A stretch of 64,000 bases of DNA from an uncultured bacterium (GTDB taxonomy: Bacteria; Verrucomicrobiota; Verrucomicrobiia; Verrucomicrobiales; DEV007), in NCBI GenBank assembly GCA_963977015.1, contig CAXBMO010000008.1:32001-96000 (forward strand), given 5' to 3'. Each line of letters begins with the position of its first letter. Within the stretch, counting starts at the first letter, position 1. Shown one piece after another: positions 26,868 to 37,278 of the stretch. The position numbers were made by a program, and so were the translations under genes. Under the pieces are notes generated by a model. The model searched no databases, was not told the origin of the DNA, and saw only the letters and a list, made by a program, of their open reading frames with translations.

Positions 26868-28076
26868 ATGCGGATTTCGATCGTCACCGATACTTTCTCT
26901 CCCAATCTCAACGGGGTCGCCATGACCCTGGAGCGATTCAGCAGGGGGCTTTTGGAGCGAGGGCATGGGGTGCATCTCATCTCTCCGGTTAAGGCGGCCG
27001 GCGATTCCTTGACCGGGTTTTCGGGCTTTTATCGTTACCGGACCGACCGAGTTCCTCTCCCCGGTTATTCCGGACTGAGACTTGGAGTGCCGACGTCGAG
27101 GAAGCTGAGGAAGATTTGGAAGGACAATCGTCCGGACATCATTTATGTCGCGACGGAAACGGCCATGGGCGTTACGGCTCTCCGGGTTGCCCGGAAGCGC
27201 GAAATACCGGTCGCTTCCGGTTTCCACACGAATTTTCACTCGTATTCCAAGGACTACAGTCTTCCCTTCCTGGAGGATATGGCGACGGATTATCTGCGCC
27301 GGGTGCATAACGAGACGGACGCGACCTTTGTGCCGGTCGAGGATGTGGCGGAGGAGCTTCGGAAGGAAGGATTTAAGAATGTCCAGGTCTTGGGGCGAGG
27401 GGTCGATACGGCGCTCTTCAATCCGGAGAAGAGACGATCTAAGGCGTTGCGGGAATCCTGGGGAGTCTCACCGGACGATCCCGTGGTCCTTTACGTGGGG
27501 CGAATCGCAGCGGAAAAGAACCTGGATCTCTTTTTCAAGGCCTGCGATGCCATGCGGGAGAAAGTGCCGGCGTTGAAAGTCGTTGTCGTTGGGGATGGCC
27601 CGCTGCTCGGAAATTTGAAGGACGCCCACCCGGAGGTGATTTTTGAAGGGGTGAAACGGGATGAGGAACTCGCGGCCTGCTATGCCTCGGCAGATCTATT
27701 CCCGTTTCCAAGCACCTCGGAGACGTACGGCAATGTCGTGGTTGAGGCTCTTGCGAGTGGCCTTCAGGTGGTGGCGTTCGATTATGCGGCGCCGGCCAAA
27801 TTCATCGAGGATGGCAAGAATGGCCACCTCTGCCCGATGGGCGACAAGGAAGCATTTATCGCGGCTTGTCTCCGGGCGATCGAGAATCCCGCTGCCCCCG
27901 AGCTGCGGGCTGCGGCGGTCGATTCTGCCTCGGGGCAGTCTTGGGATCGGGTGGTCAGCAATTTCGAAGCCGCTTTGGAGAAGATCGTGGCCGAGTATCA
28001 GCCGCGCGGCCCGATCTCTTTTGACATCGATTTGAAGGCGCCCTGGGGGAAGGATGCCAAAGCAGGGAAAAAGTAG
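26868..28076 (+). CDS. Glycosyltransferase family 4 (GT-B)
   Basis: MRISIVTDTF.PN.NGV, FHTNF, GRGVD, YVGRIAAEKN, FPS.SETYG.V.VEALASG. Confidence 0.9.
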   Translation: MRISIVTDTFSPNLNGVAMTLERFSRGLLERGHGVHLISPVKAAGDSLTGFSGFYRYRTDRVPLPGYSGLRLGVPTSRKLRKIWKDNRPDIIYVATETAMGVTALRVARKREIPVASGFHTNFHSYSKDYSLPFLEDMATDYLRRVHNETDATFVPVEDVAEELRKEGFKNVQVLGRGVDTALFNPEKRRSKALRESWGVSPDDPVVLYVGRIAAEKNLDLFFKACDAMREKVPALKVVVVGDGPLLGNLKDAHPEVIFEGVKRDEELAACYASADLFPFPSTSETYGNVVVEALASGLQVVAFDYAAPAKFIEDGKNGHLCPMGDKEAFIAACLRAIENPAAPELRAAAVDSASGQSWDRVVSNFEAALEKIVAEYQPRGPISFDIDLKAPWGKDAKAGKK

Positions 28077-28191
28077 CTCAGGCTTTGGAGGTGGGTCCAA
28101 GTGCGTTTCCCTTTTCGCGAAGACGAGCACGTTGAAGTTCTCCCGCGTTTGATTTGAAGGAGATAGGGGTTTCAGCGATCGGGTTGGAGCC

Positions 28192-28818
28192 ATGTGGGAC
28201 CGCAACCGTTGGAATCAATTCATCTATGCGCTCTGGGCTCCGGTTTATGATTGGTTTGTAGATCGGAGTTTCTTCGCGACGGCGCGGGAACACGCCTTGG
28301 GCATGCTGAATTTGCAGGCGGGCGAAGAGGTTTTGTTGGTCGGGGTTGGCACCGGGCCTGACTTCAAGTTCCTTCCGGAGGGAATCCGTGCCACCGGGAT
28401 CGATCTCAGCGAAGCGATGCTCGAAAAGGCTCGGGAAAAATTGCCGTTGAAGGGAAAAGAGGTGGTTGTTCAGCGGGCCAACGCCGAGAACCTTCCGTTT
28501 CCAGACGAATCGTTCGATGCTGCGATTCTCATCCTGATCCTCAGTGTGGTCGGTGATGGAAAGACGGCCATGCGGGAAACCCTACGAGTTCTGCGGCCTG
28601 GTGGGCGAGCCGTGGTCTTCGACAAATTCATTGAGCAGGGCCGCAAGCCATCCTTCGCGAGAAGATTGCTGAACACGTTCCTCACCAAACCTTTCGGAAC
28701 GGATATCAATCGGAGTCTGGAGCCCATGCTCGAGGGGTTGTCCGGTCAAATCGTCGATGATCAACCCAGCCTCTTGAACGGAGCATACCGCCGAATTCTG
28801 ATCTTCAAGAAGCCGTGA
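28192..28818 (+). CDS. Class I SAM methyltransferase (PmtA-like phospholipid N-methyltransferase)
   Basis: Y..WAPVYD, VLLVGVGTG, GIDLS.AML, RVLRPGG. Confidence 0.75.
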   Translation: MWDRNRWNQFIYALWAPVYDWFVDRSFFATAREHALGMLNLQAGEEVLLVGVGTGPDFKFLPEGIRATGIDLSEAMLEKAREKLPLKGKEVVVQRANAENLPFPDESFDAAILILILSVVGDGKTAMRETLRVLRPGGRAVVFDKFIEQGRKPSFARRLLNTFLTKPFGTDINRSLEPMLEGLSGQIVDDQPSLLNGAYRRILIFKKP

Positions 28819-28827
28819 CGGGCGGGT

Positions 28828-29295
28828 TTACGGGATTTCCGGCTTCTCTGGAATCAACCCCTTGGCCTTCTTCTCCTCGTATTCCCTGCGGAGTTGGCTG
28901 GTGTAGGGATTCGGAGGGAGGAGCGTTGCGGGAATGGGCGCCCGGCGATAGGCGCCTTCGATGGGGGGATAATTCTCGGCCAGGTAGGTGACGATCTTGT
29001 CTTCCAGCTTCGGATCCACCAGCCAGATGAGCCCGTGATCCTTCTGCATCCAGTCGACCACCGATTGCCAGGTGCTGCGGGTTCCGCGCTGGCGCAGGAA
29101 TTGCTGGGGAGAATGACAGATGATGCAGTTGGCCCGGGTCAACTCCCAGTTCTCGGCGATGATCATTCCGGTGAGCGGATCCCGTTCCACCGCTTCGTCT
29201 CCGGAGTCTTGTGCTCGCACGATCCCGGCCAGCATCAACCAGATCAGGCCAGTGGCGATCAGGATCAGGGAAACGGGTTTGGATTTCAGTTCCAT
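28828..29295 (-). CDS. Monoheme cytochrome c (SorB-like partner)
   Basis: Signal peptide, CIICH, W...VDWMQ, YLAENY; RBS-like GAAGGAGA upstream of ATG 29295. Confidence 0.8.
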   Translation of the reverse strand: MELKSKPVSLILIATGLIWLMLAGIVRAQDSGDEAVERDPLTGMIIAENWELTRANCIICHSPQQFLRQRGTRSTWQSVVDWMQKDHGLIWLVDPKLEDKIVTYLAENYPPIEGAYRRAPIPATLLPPNPYTSQLRREYEEKKAKGLIPEKPEIP

Positions 29296-29321
29296 CAGGT
29301 CTCCTTCATGTTGGTGCCGGT

Positions 29322-30644
29322 TCAAACGGCCTGGACCGCGATTCGATGACAGGCATTGTTCAAGTACCCTTTCGGATTCCACCCGGGCAGAATCATGGGC
29401 TGGCTGATTCCGTTCTCATCCACGGCCCGGGACCAGACCTCGTAGTAACCCTTGAGGGGGAAGTTGATTCCGCCCAGTGACCAGTGCTGCCACGCCAGGC
29501 GGTTGACCGGCTTCTCAAGCTTGGCTTTCCGCCACGTCGCGCCGAAGTCGATCGACACGGAAACCTCCTTCACCCTGGCATCGCCCACCCAGGCATGACC
29601 GCGGCAGGAGAACGGCTCGCCCTGCGGATGCTCGATTCCGGACTTGGGATGGGTAACCAGGGACTTCACCGGCATGGCCTCGATGATCTTCATGTCCTCG
29701 TCCGGCACTTCCGATCCCGGCGCCACGGGATGCTTGGGCACCCGGTAGGATTTTCCGGTCATCTTGGATCCGTCATGGACTTGGTTGCGCACCACGATCT
29801 TCTTGAGCCACTTGCCGCTGGTCGACGCGGGCCACCCCGAGGTCACGATGCGAAGGGGGTAACCATTCAGGTAGGGGATGTCCGCCCCGTTCATGGCAAA
29901 GGCGATGAGCGACTCGTCTTCCAGCGCCTTGGCGATGGGCACCCCGCGCGAAATGGCGACCTTGGTCGGGTCTCCGCTCAAGTGCGTGTCCCGGCCATAG
30001 TAGCCGGTGTAAACCGCATCGTCCTTGATTCCGCAGGCCTTCAGCACATCACCGAGCCGGACACCCGTCCACATCGGGCAGCCGACCGCGCCCACGGTCC
30101 ACTGGTTGCCGGTGGCGGGAGGGTTGAATTCACTTCGACCGTTGCCGCCGCACTCGATCGTCAGTTGATAGGTGTAATGCTTGAACGTCTCTTTCAGTTC
30201 GGGAAGCGTGAACGTCTTCGGAGTTTCGATGGATTCGCCGCCGATCTCCAACGACCACTGGGCCGGATCGATGCCGTCCATGGCCGGGGGAATTCCGTTG
30301 TTGCGGACGAAGAGCCGATTGTCCGGCGTCACCTCGTCATCCAGCAAATGGGCCGGGGTTTCCGCGTTGATCGGCCGATCGTTCAGGACGGTGAGCCCTT
30401 CTTTTCCCTCCAACTGGAACGGTTCATCCGACTGCGCCAGCGCCGCGGGAATCATCCCGGCCGGAAAGTGCTCGCCAAAAATGATCCTTCCACCTACCGC
30501 GGCCGACATCGTCATCCAGGCCGCGCGGCTCAGAAAGCCCCGGCGGGTCGTTGGATTCGTCTGTCGCCCCCACACCAGTTCATCCGCACGTTCTGAGTCT
30601 TCGGCATAGAGTTCATGAATGCCGCGTTGGGGTTTCGGTTTCAC
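29322..30644 (-). CDS. Sulfite oxidase family molybdoenzyme (SorA/SoxC-like), Tat-exported
   Basis: TRRGFL Tat motif, NAETP, FVRNNG, ECGGNGR, WTGV.L, NGYPLR, KWL, WNPKGY.NN. Start GTG 30644 is uncertain (ORF extends to 30719). Confidence 0.85.
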   Translation of the reverse strand: MKPKPQRGIHELYAEDSERADELVWGRQTNPTTRRGFLSRAAWMTMSAAVGGRIIFGEHFPAGMIPAALAQSDEPFQLEGKEGLTVLNDRPINAETPAHLLDDEVTPDNRLFVRNNGIPPAMDGIDPAQWSLEIGGESIETPKTFTLPELKETFKHYTYQLTIECGGNGRSEFNPPATGNQWTVGAVGCPMWTGVRLGDVLKACGIKDDAVYTGYYGRDTHLSGDPTKVAISRGVPIAKALEDESLIAFAMNGADIPYLNGYPLRIVTSGWPASTSGKWLKKIVVRNQVHDGSKMTGKSYRVPKHPVAPGSEVPDEDMKIIEAMPVKSLVTHPKSGIEHPQGEPFSCRGHAWVGDARVKEVSVSIDFGATWRKAKLEKPVNRLAWQHWSLGGINFPLKGYYEVWSRAVDENGISQPMILPGWNPKGYLNNACHRIAVQAV

Positions 30645-30775
30645 AACGCCCCATTTTCCAAAAACCAGCGGTTCCTGTCCAGCATCAAGGCGGGCAACCA
30701 AATCCGAAAACGTGCGCACTCAAGCGTACGAAATTCTCGGATCCCGCTCTGGGTTATTGTGACCGGTCGAGGGTT

Positions 30776-32059
30776 TTACTTCTCGAGCACGGGAACCACG
30801 CGATCGGAAATTTCGCGGGTCAGGATTTCGTAGGCGGCTCTGATCCAATGATAGCCGTCGCCGTTGGCCAACTCGAGCTTCCCGGCCAGGAGGGAATAGG
30901 CATCAATGACTTCGATGCCTTCCTCCTGCATGACGTGTTCGGAAATCGTGTTGAGCCGGACCACCACGTCATTCTTTGCGCCGAATTGATCGACCGGTTG
31001 GTCTTTTGCGGGCTTCGGGGCCGTATGCGGCGTGGTCATGAGATAGAAGAGTTTGGCCTGGGGCGCCCCGGTCTTGAAGCATTGCGCCAGGTCGCGCATC
31101 CGGTTGTGAACGACCTCGTCCGAAACCTGTTCGGGAGTCCAATGCAGGGAGTGCAGGCCGTTGTTAAACACGATGGCGTCGAACTTGTAACGGCTGGCCA
31201 TTTCGGTCAGGGCGGCTTTGGGCACATCGCCCCCGACGAAGTGAACGCAGTGGAAAACATAGGCCTGATGTTTCAACATTTCAGGAATGAATGAGCCCCG
31301 ATAGCCCATGGAAATGGAGTCGCCGTAGATCAGGATTTTGGGCCATTCCGGGTGCTCGATTTTCGGCACATCCAGAGCCCAGCCCTTGCCAGCCACGGCA
31401 CCCCGGGGATTGTCGCTTTGGCCTTCTCTCCCGGACACATAGTTGTATGACGGACCGTAGACTTTCACGCTGCTGATCACCGCGGGCATGGATTGAACGG
31501 ACTGATTCAGATTGCGCCCGATCCACATCGGCTCGTCGTTGGGAATCATCGCCATGTAGCAGCGTTTGAGCAGTCCGTTGTTGAGGTAAAACGAGGCGTA
31601 TCCGTCACGGACGGCGATGGTGAAGGTGTAGGGCGTATTGATTTGCGGCCCGGCTTTTCCGCCGATGCCCGAAGCCTTCATGAAGATGTTGTTGACGTAG
31701 GCGCCAATGCGACGGGCGTAGTAGGGCTCCTTTCGGTAGTTCATGTCGATGGTGAAGCCATCATCGGTTTCGCCGCTGCTTTGCTTGCTCATCACCGTGA
31801 GCAGCGAATGCTCAATCAGCTCGGAAATCTCGACCGTGACCTGAACGGTGAAGTTCTTCTGGTCGGGAAACGCCGTGGCTGGAACGGCGAAAGCGGCCCC
31901 GTCCTTGAGGATGACCTTGCCGTCTGCCTGGCTGATCGCGCCCGACTGTAGTTCTGCCGGAATGGGATCGCTGGCCAGGTCCCAAAGCGGCGTGTCGTCC
32001 GCAAGCGCAGTGTTGAGAAGAATGGTGATTCCAAGGAAGGCGAAGATTTGGGATTTCAT
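30776..32059 (-). CDS. Secreted LamG-like + SGNH/GDSL hydrolase
   Basis: Signal peptide at ATG 32059; ILIYGDSIS, FNNGLH, DGYH. Confidence 0.75.
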   Translation of the reverse strand: MKSQIFAFLGITILLNTALADDTPLWDLASDPIPAELQSGAISQADGKVILKDGAAFAVPATAFPDQKNFTVQVTVEISELIEHSLLTVMSKQSSGETDDGFTIDMNYRKEPYYARRIGAYVNNIFMKASGIGGKAGPQINTPYTFTIAVRDGYASFYLNNGLLKRCYMAMIPNDEPMWIGRNLNQSVQSMPAVISSVKVYGPSYNYVSGREGQSDNPRGAVAGKGWALDVPKIEHPEWPKILIYGDSISMGYRGSFIPEMLKHQAYVFHCVHFVGGDVPKAALTEMASRYKFDAIVFNNGLHSLHWTPEQVSDEVVHNRMRDLAQCFKTGAPQAKLFYLMTTPHTAPKPAKDQPVDQFGAKNDVVVRLNTISEHVMQEEGIEVIDAYSLLAGKLELANGDGYHWIRAAYEILTREISDRVVPVLEK

Positions 32060-32144
32060 AGGATGCTGAAAATCGAGCGAAACCACGGAGATGGGAAACG
32101 CATGGCGCGAGTCTAGCGAGGTTGCTCGACTTTGGAAGTGGTTT

Positions 32145-33005
32145 TCAAGGGCTTCTTTTTGGGGGAAGAACGGGCCTGCAGGCCAGGAGCAGAAGCGGGA
32201 GCAGCCAGTGGGATGTTCGCACCAGGGTTTCCGCGACCCAGGGATCGAGCGTGCCTGGGAAATAAGCCCAGACACGAGCCAACGCCGTGGCAAAACCCCA
32301 CAGGATCATGTAGAAAAGCGCCCATCGCCTGAGGGGAGCCATCCACAGAAACAGTACCGCGATCAGGTCCAGCCATCCGGCAATTCGGAGAAACATCATT
32401 GCCGTTTCCAGGTCGCAACTCAGGATCCGCATCGTCATCGTCTTGAAAATCAACGGCACGGCATGAAACCCCATCGCGTAAAGTCCGTGCCCGATGAAGG
32501 TGAGCGAAGTCGCAACGGCGAGGGTTAACCTCCAGGCTCTGCCGGGACCGGTGCGCAGGGCGATCAGAAGCGCAAATGGGGTCACGACCTGGAGCGAATG
32601 CTCCACCGCCATGCCGAGTTCCCAATCGACCGTGACCCACCGTCCCAGGGCATCGAGCGCCAACAGGATGCCCGCGGGAACGAGGAGCCATCTCGTCCAA
32701 CGCAGCCTCTCAAGGGTGACGAGCCATGGAACGACGGCACACGCCATCAAGCCAATGCCCACGTTTTCCAGCACGTTGGTTAGTGCTGGTTCGGAGTGTT
32801 CCGCGAATGATCGCCAGGGAATGCCAACGAGTTTCTCCAAAGGGCCTGACCACCAGTCTTCCTGCCAGACCAGACTCCGCATCGGACTGTCCCACTTCCA
32901 GGTCAGCCATCCGCGCGCCGCCAACGTGATGCTGACAGTCAGTTGGAGAAGGAACAGCCACTTCGTACCAAGAACCTCCAACCACCGGGACAGTCTCATC
33001 ATCAA
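32145..33005 (-). CDS. Multi-pass membrane hypothetical protein
   Basis: About 7 hydrophobic segments, TFIGHGLYA; overlaps the upstream phosphoesterase by 4 bp. Confidence 0.65.
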   Translation of the reverse strand: MMMRLSRWLEVLGTKWLFLLQLTVSITLAARGWLTWKWDSPMRSLVWQEDWWSGPLEKLVGIPWRSFAEHSEPALTNVLENVGIGLMACAVVPWLVTLERLRWTRWLLVPAGILLALDALGRWVTVDWELGMAVEHSLQVVTPFALLIALRTGPGRAWRLTLAVATSLTFIGHGLYAMGFHAVPLIFKTMTMRILSCDLETAMMFLRIAGWLDLIAVLFLWMAPLRRWALFYMILWGFATALARVWAYFPGTLDPWVAETLVRTSHWLLPLLLLACRPVLPPKRSP

Positions 33006-34282
33006 TCCGCTGGCACCGTCAGAACCGTCCCTCCTTCAGCCTCCCAGAGATTCAGGCCATCAGGTGTTCGGTAGGGGTCTGATGGATCGACGGGCTCAAC
33101 TCCAGCGGCGTTCTTGATCCGAACCGTTTTGACTTCGATCGATTCCGGGCTCACCCGAATCCATTCAAAGCCGTTGAAGGATTCCGTATCCAGCGTCCAT
33201 GGTTTGGCATCATCGGCGGGACGCAGCGGGGCTCCCCAGCAGCCTTCGCCGATGTAAACCGTCGCGTTGGGATCGTTCGGGGCGGCGCGAAATCCTTCGG
33301 GACCATCGGGATCCGGTTTCAGGGGCAGCGTCCGTTTCATCACATGGGAGTCGGACTCCAGCGCAAGATCAAAGCCGTGCTCGTAGAAGTTGTCCGCCCA
33401 CGCCATGGGATTGGTCCCTTCGCTTTTCTTGCTCACATGCGGGCGCATCGGCTTGTGATATCCGGCAACCAGGTGAATCACCTTTTTCCCAGATTTGGCG
33501 AGGTCCTTCTCCAACCATTTTTCCTGGTCACCGATAGCCGGGATCTCGCTGTTCAATGCGTAGTAGCGAAACAGTTTCCCTCCGATACTGAACGCGAAGT
33601 AGGCATCTTCGGGCGTATCAAAATAGTTGGTTATCGTTTCCGGGCGACGCTCATGATTTCCACGGTGAGGAACAATCGGAATCATGGTTCCGTCTTCCCC
33701 AATGGTTTCTTGCCAGTCGTCAAGCCAAGCGTCCCACTCTTCGGCAACGTCTTGATTGATCATGTCTCCCGTGAACGCGACAAACAGGGGCCGCAGCTTT
33801 TCGCAAAGCTGGTTGCCCTCCACCCGCACATCCCGATAATTGCGGGAATCGCCACCGGCAATGAAGGTGAACGCTTTCGGTTGACGCGGCGCGGTCCGAA
33901 ACTTGAACCGGGGCCCGGTTCCAGACGCATCGACCAGGCAGAAAAAGTATTCCGTATCGGGTTCCAAGCCCCGGAGCCGGGCAAAGCAGTTGACCATTCC
34001 ATCGTACTCTTGCACCCGCTGTGGCTTGATCGAGTGAGGGTATTTCCCCGCTCGCCGCTGAAAATCCTTCTTTCCATAGTGAACCTTGGCCGGGTCACCC
34101 TCTTTTTGATCCCAGGCAATCGTGGCGGTGGTGGTCGGGTCCGATGTCCAGACGACGCGATACTTCCCCGTCTGAGAGTCGTTTTTTTGAATGATGTCCG
34201 CCTTCTCTTTGGCAAGCACCATCGGAGTCAGGCTGACAAACACCGCCAAAAAGAGGGCTGGAAGATTAGGGAAGTGCTTCAT
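33002..34282 (-). CDS. Purple acid phosphatase-like metallophosphoesterase with an N-terminal FN3-like domain
   Basis: GLEPDTEYFF, GGDSR, TGD, RGNHE, YHKP, ESDSH. Confidence 0.85.
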   Translation of the reverse strand: MKHFPNLPALFLAVFVSLTPMVLAKEKADIIQKNDSQTGKYRVVWTSDPTTTATIAWDQKEGDPAKVHYGKKDFQRRAGKYPHSIKPQRVQEYDGMVNCFARLRGLEPDTEYFFCLVDASGTGPRFKFRTAPRQPKAFTFIAGGDSRNYRDVRVEGNQLCEKLRPLFVAFTGDMINQDVAEEWDAWLDDWQETIGEDGTMIPIVPHRGNHERRPETITNYFDTPEDAYFAFSIGGKLFRYYALNSEIPAIGDQEKWLEKDLAKSGKKVIHLVAGYHKPMRPHVSKKSEGTNPMAWADNFYEHGFDLALESDSHVMKRTLPLKPDPDGPEGFRAAPNDPNATVYIGEGCWGAPLRPADDAKPWTLDTESFNGFEWIRVSPESIEVKTVRIKNAAGVEPVDPSDPYRTPDGLNLWEAEGGTVLTVPAD

Positions 34283-34405
34283 GAAAAGGATACACGTGCT
34301 TCACCGCCGGTTGTTTCATCGAGTGAAAGTTGAATTCCACGGGACGGAGTGCGGAATCGGGTTCAGGGATTGATGCGGGAGAAGGTAGGGATTATTTCTG
34401 CGGAT

Positions 34406-35317
34406 TCAACGCCATACCATGTTCGAAACCTTGCCATTCCAGGCGTGATCCGGTTCGTGGGTGCGGAGCGTCAGTTCGACACCGTCCGGATGAAAACGTG
34501 CCACGGTCCAGCCGGTCGTCGAAATCTCGCGATTCCCGACATACGAAGTCGCCGGGGTGTTGATGATGTGGATTCCCTGGTGTTCTGCCAGACTCCAGTG
34601 ATGGATGTGGCCGTGAATGTAGGCTTTGACCTGTTTCCGAGGCTCCAGCACCTGCCAGAGTTCCTCCGAATCGGTCAGGCCTCCGGGAAAATGATCCGGA
34701 TCGCCACCCAACCGGGGATTGTGATGCGTCACGATGATGGCGGCCTTGTCGGGATGGTTGTCGAGCGCGCGGGCCAGCCAGGCGGATTGCGTTTCGCCGA
34801 TTTTTCCCTGGGTGACCATGGTTTCCATCAACGAATCGAGCAGGAAGAAATTGGCGTGACGAGACTGAACCACCGAAATGTGCCGGGACTCAATCGGCGG
34901 CTCCGCCGGACGTTCCTCACGAAGCACGTCGTAAAAGGTTTCGCGGTTGTCATGGTTTCCCAACGTCAGATGCAGGTTGATGTTGGCTTCGCGAAGCGGG
35001 GCCAGGAGTTTCGCGAAATGCCGGTAGTCGCCTGGCTGACCGTCACGCAGCGCGAGATCACCGTTGATGAGGAGGGCTGCGGGCGGTGTCTCCAGACCCA
35101 GCACTTCGTCAACCGCTTCCCGAAAGTGGGCCGGAATCAGCGAGTCCGAAGGTTGCTTCTCACCGATGTGGGGATCGTTCAGCAGGTAGACGAGCGATTC
35201 GTCCACTTGGTCCGAAGCGAACATCGACTCGGCGGCGGCGAACGTTGCAAGTCCTCCCCCCAGGGTTCGAAGAAACTGACGACGCTCAATCGAAGGTAGA
35301 TGCAATGGCATGCTCAT
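34406..35317 (-). CDS. Tat-exported calcineurin-like metallophosphoesterase (Icc/CpdA-like)
   Basis: ERRQFL; DPH, NGD, GNHD, THH, HGHIH. Confidence 0.85.
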   Translation of the reverse strand: MSMPLHLPSIERRQFLRTLGGGLATFAAAESMFASDQVDESLVYLLNDPHIGEKQPSDSLIPAHFREAVDEVLGLETPPAALLINGDLALRDGQPGDYRHFAKLLAPLREANINLHLTLGNHDNRETFYDVLREERPAEPPIESRHISVVQSRHANFFLLDSLMETMVTQGKIGETQSAWLARALDNHPDKAAIIVTHHNPRLGGDPDHFPGGLTDSEELWQVLEPRKQVKAYIHGHIHHWSLAEHQGIHIINTPATSYVGNREISTTGWTVARFHPDGVELTLRTHEPDHAWNGKVSNMVWR

Positions 35318-35394
35318 CCCACGAGGATCGAGGGCATTCTATTTCATCCGCGAACCCCAAGCGGTTACGGTGAAGCAACCACCTTTCTTGGTCC

Positions 35395-35736
35395 CTATTT
35401 TTGCGGAAAGCGTTTTTTGAGACCCCAGGTCCCTGGTTTGTGGTCGAGGATGGCCGGATCGTGGCGTTCACCGTCATGCCCTCGCCCAAATAGAAATGCG
35501 ACGAAGAGGCCTGCAATATTCATGGCCAAAACCGAAAGGATGACGGGAACACTCCAATTGGCGTCGAGGGCAAATTTCGCGCTAATCTGGGAGGCGGGTG
35601 TAAAGCAGCCTACCAGAATTCCAATCCCCACAAACTGTACCATGGGAGTTAGAATGGCGGCAATCGGATCTTTGGCCAGCCAAGCAGCCAAGAACCCGAT
35701 TGCGAAAAGATCAATGATGAGAAGGTAGCCAGGCAT
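35395..35736 (-). CDS. Small hypothetical membrane protein
   Basis: Three hydrophobic segments; fills an intergenic gap. Confidence 0.4.
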   Translation of the reverse strand: MPGYLLIIDLFAIGFLAAWLAKDPIAAILTPMVQFVGIGILVGCFTPASQISAKFALDANWSVPVILSVLAMNIAGLFVAFLFGRGHDGERHDPAILDHKPGTWGLKKRFPQK

Positions 35737-35849
35737 CCCCGAATCGTAGAAACAGTCGAAGTCTTCTGGAATTACAATTCAGGCGCTTGTTTCCACCGGA
35801 TGCCGAGCCTTTGGGGGTTTAGTTAGCGTAAGGGTTAGGAATCCGAGAT

Positions 35850-37274
35850 TCAGGCAAGGATGTCTTTCGCGACGGTTCCCTCGACATCGGTTAGTCGAAA
35901 GTCTCGACCTGCATAACGGAACGTCAGGCGTTCGTGATTCAGGCCGAGCAGGTGCAGCAGGGTGGCGTGGAGGTCGTGGACATGCATTTTGTTCTCGGCG
36001 GCGTAGTAGCCGTAGTCGTCCGTGGCCCCGTAGGCATAACCACCTTTGACGCCGCCTCCAGCCATCCACATGGTGAAGCCGTGGGGATTGTGATCGCGGC
36101 CGTTGCTGCCCTGCGCCGTGGGGGTGCGACCGAATTCGCCGCCCCAGAGAACGAGCGTGTCGTCGAGCAGGCCGCGTGCTTTCAGGTCGGTGAGAAACCC
36201 GGCAATGGGTTTGTCGACTTCGGCGGAGTTTTTTGTGTGACCTTGGTAGAGATTGCTGTGCTGGTCCCATTGCACCTCGCTGTCGCTGTGGGTGACTTGA
36301 ACGAAGCGGACGCCGCGCTCCAGAAACCGGCGCGCCATCAGGCATTGGCGACCGAAGTCCTCCGTGACCGGGTTGTCGATTCCGTAGATCTTCTTCGTCG
36401 CTTCGGATTCACCGGCGAGATTCTGCACTTCGGGCATCGCGCTTTGCATGCGGTAGGCGAGCTCGAAGGAGCTGAGCCGGCCTTCCAACGCCTGATCGCG
36501 TCCCGTGGTTTCGAGATGATCACGGTTCATCGCGCCGATGAGATCCAACTGCCTTCGCTGCAAATCCGAATCGATCCGGGAATTGCGGATGTGCTTCACC
36601 TTGGCCTGGGTTGCCGCGAGACTGGCATTGCCGATGGGCGTGCCCTGGCAGTGCGCCGGGAGAAAGGCGGCACCCCAATTGTTGACTCCGCCATGGGCGA
36701 GGGTGGGGCAGATGGTGACGAATGCGGGCAGGTTCCGGTTGTCGGTTCCCAGGCCGTAGACGACCCAAGATCCCATGCTGGGTCGAACAAACTGGTCAGA
36801 CCCGGTGTGGAGCTTGAGCAGGGCGCCGCCGTGGGCGGGATTGGTTCCGTGGACGGAGCGCAGGATGCAGAGATCGTCGATGTGTCTGGCGACGTTGGGA
36901 AAGAGTTCGCTGACGGGAAGACCGCTTTCGCCATACCGCTTGAACTTCCACGGAGACTTCAAGAGGTTGCCTTGCTTCGCGAAGGTGACCTTGGGGAGAT
37001 CGAAGGGGAGGGGCTTGCCGTGATCGCGATCCAGCAGCGGTTTCGGATCGAAGGTGTCGACATGGGAGGGACCGCCCTTCATGAACAGAAAGACGATCCG
37101 CTTGGCCCGGGCCGGGAATTGGGGTTTCTGCGGCGCCAGCGGATTGCGCAGAGAGGGCAGTTCCGCGCGGGCTTCGCGGCCGAGCATCGCGGTCAGGGCC
37201 AGGTTTCCGAACCCGACCGCCGAGGTCTTCAGCAGTTGGCGGCGGGTTGCCAGAATGGAGTCGGGATGCGTCAT
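35850..37274 (-). CDS. DUF1501 family Tat protein
   Basis: TRRQLL, GGPSHVDTFDPKP, FGRQCL.ARR..ERGVRFVQ, WD.H, GEFGRTP, GRDH. Confidence 0.9.
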   Translation of the reverse strand: MTHPDSILATRRQLLKTSAVGFGNLALTAMLGREARAELPSLRNPLAPQKPQFPARAKRIVFLFMKGGPSHVDTFDPKPLLDRDHGKPLPFDLPKVTFAKQGNLLKSPWKFKRYGESGLPVSELFPNVARHIDDLCILRSVHGTNPAHGGALLKLHTGSDQFVRPSMGSWVVYGLGTDNRNLPAFVTICPTLAHGGVNNWGAAFLPAHCQGTPIGNASLAATQAKVKHIRNSRIDSDLQRRQLDLIGAMNRDHLETTGRDQALEGRLSSFELAYRMQSAMPEVQNLAGESEATKKIYGIDNPVTEDFGRQCLMARRFLERGVRFVQVTHSDSEVQWDQHSNLYQGHTKNSAEVDKPIAGFLTDLKARGLLDDTLVLWGGEFGRTPTAQGSNGRDHNPHGFTMWMAGGGVKGGYAYGATDDYGYYAAENKMHVHDLHATLLHLLGLNHERLTFRYAGRDFRLTDVEGTVAKDILA

Positions 37275-37278
37275 GCGC

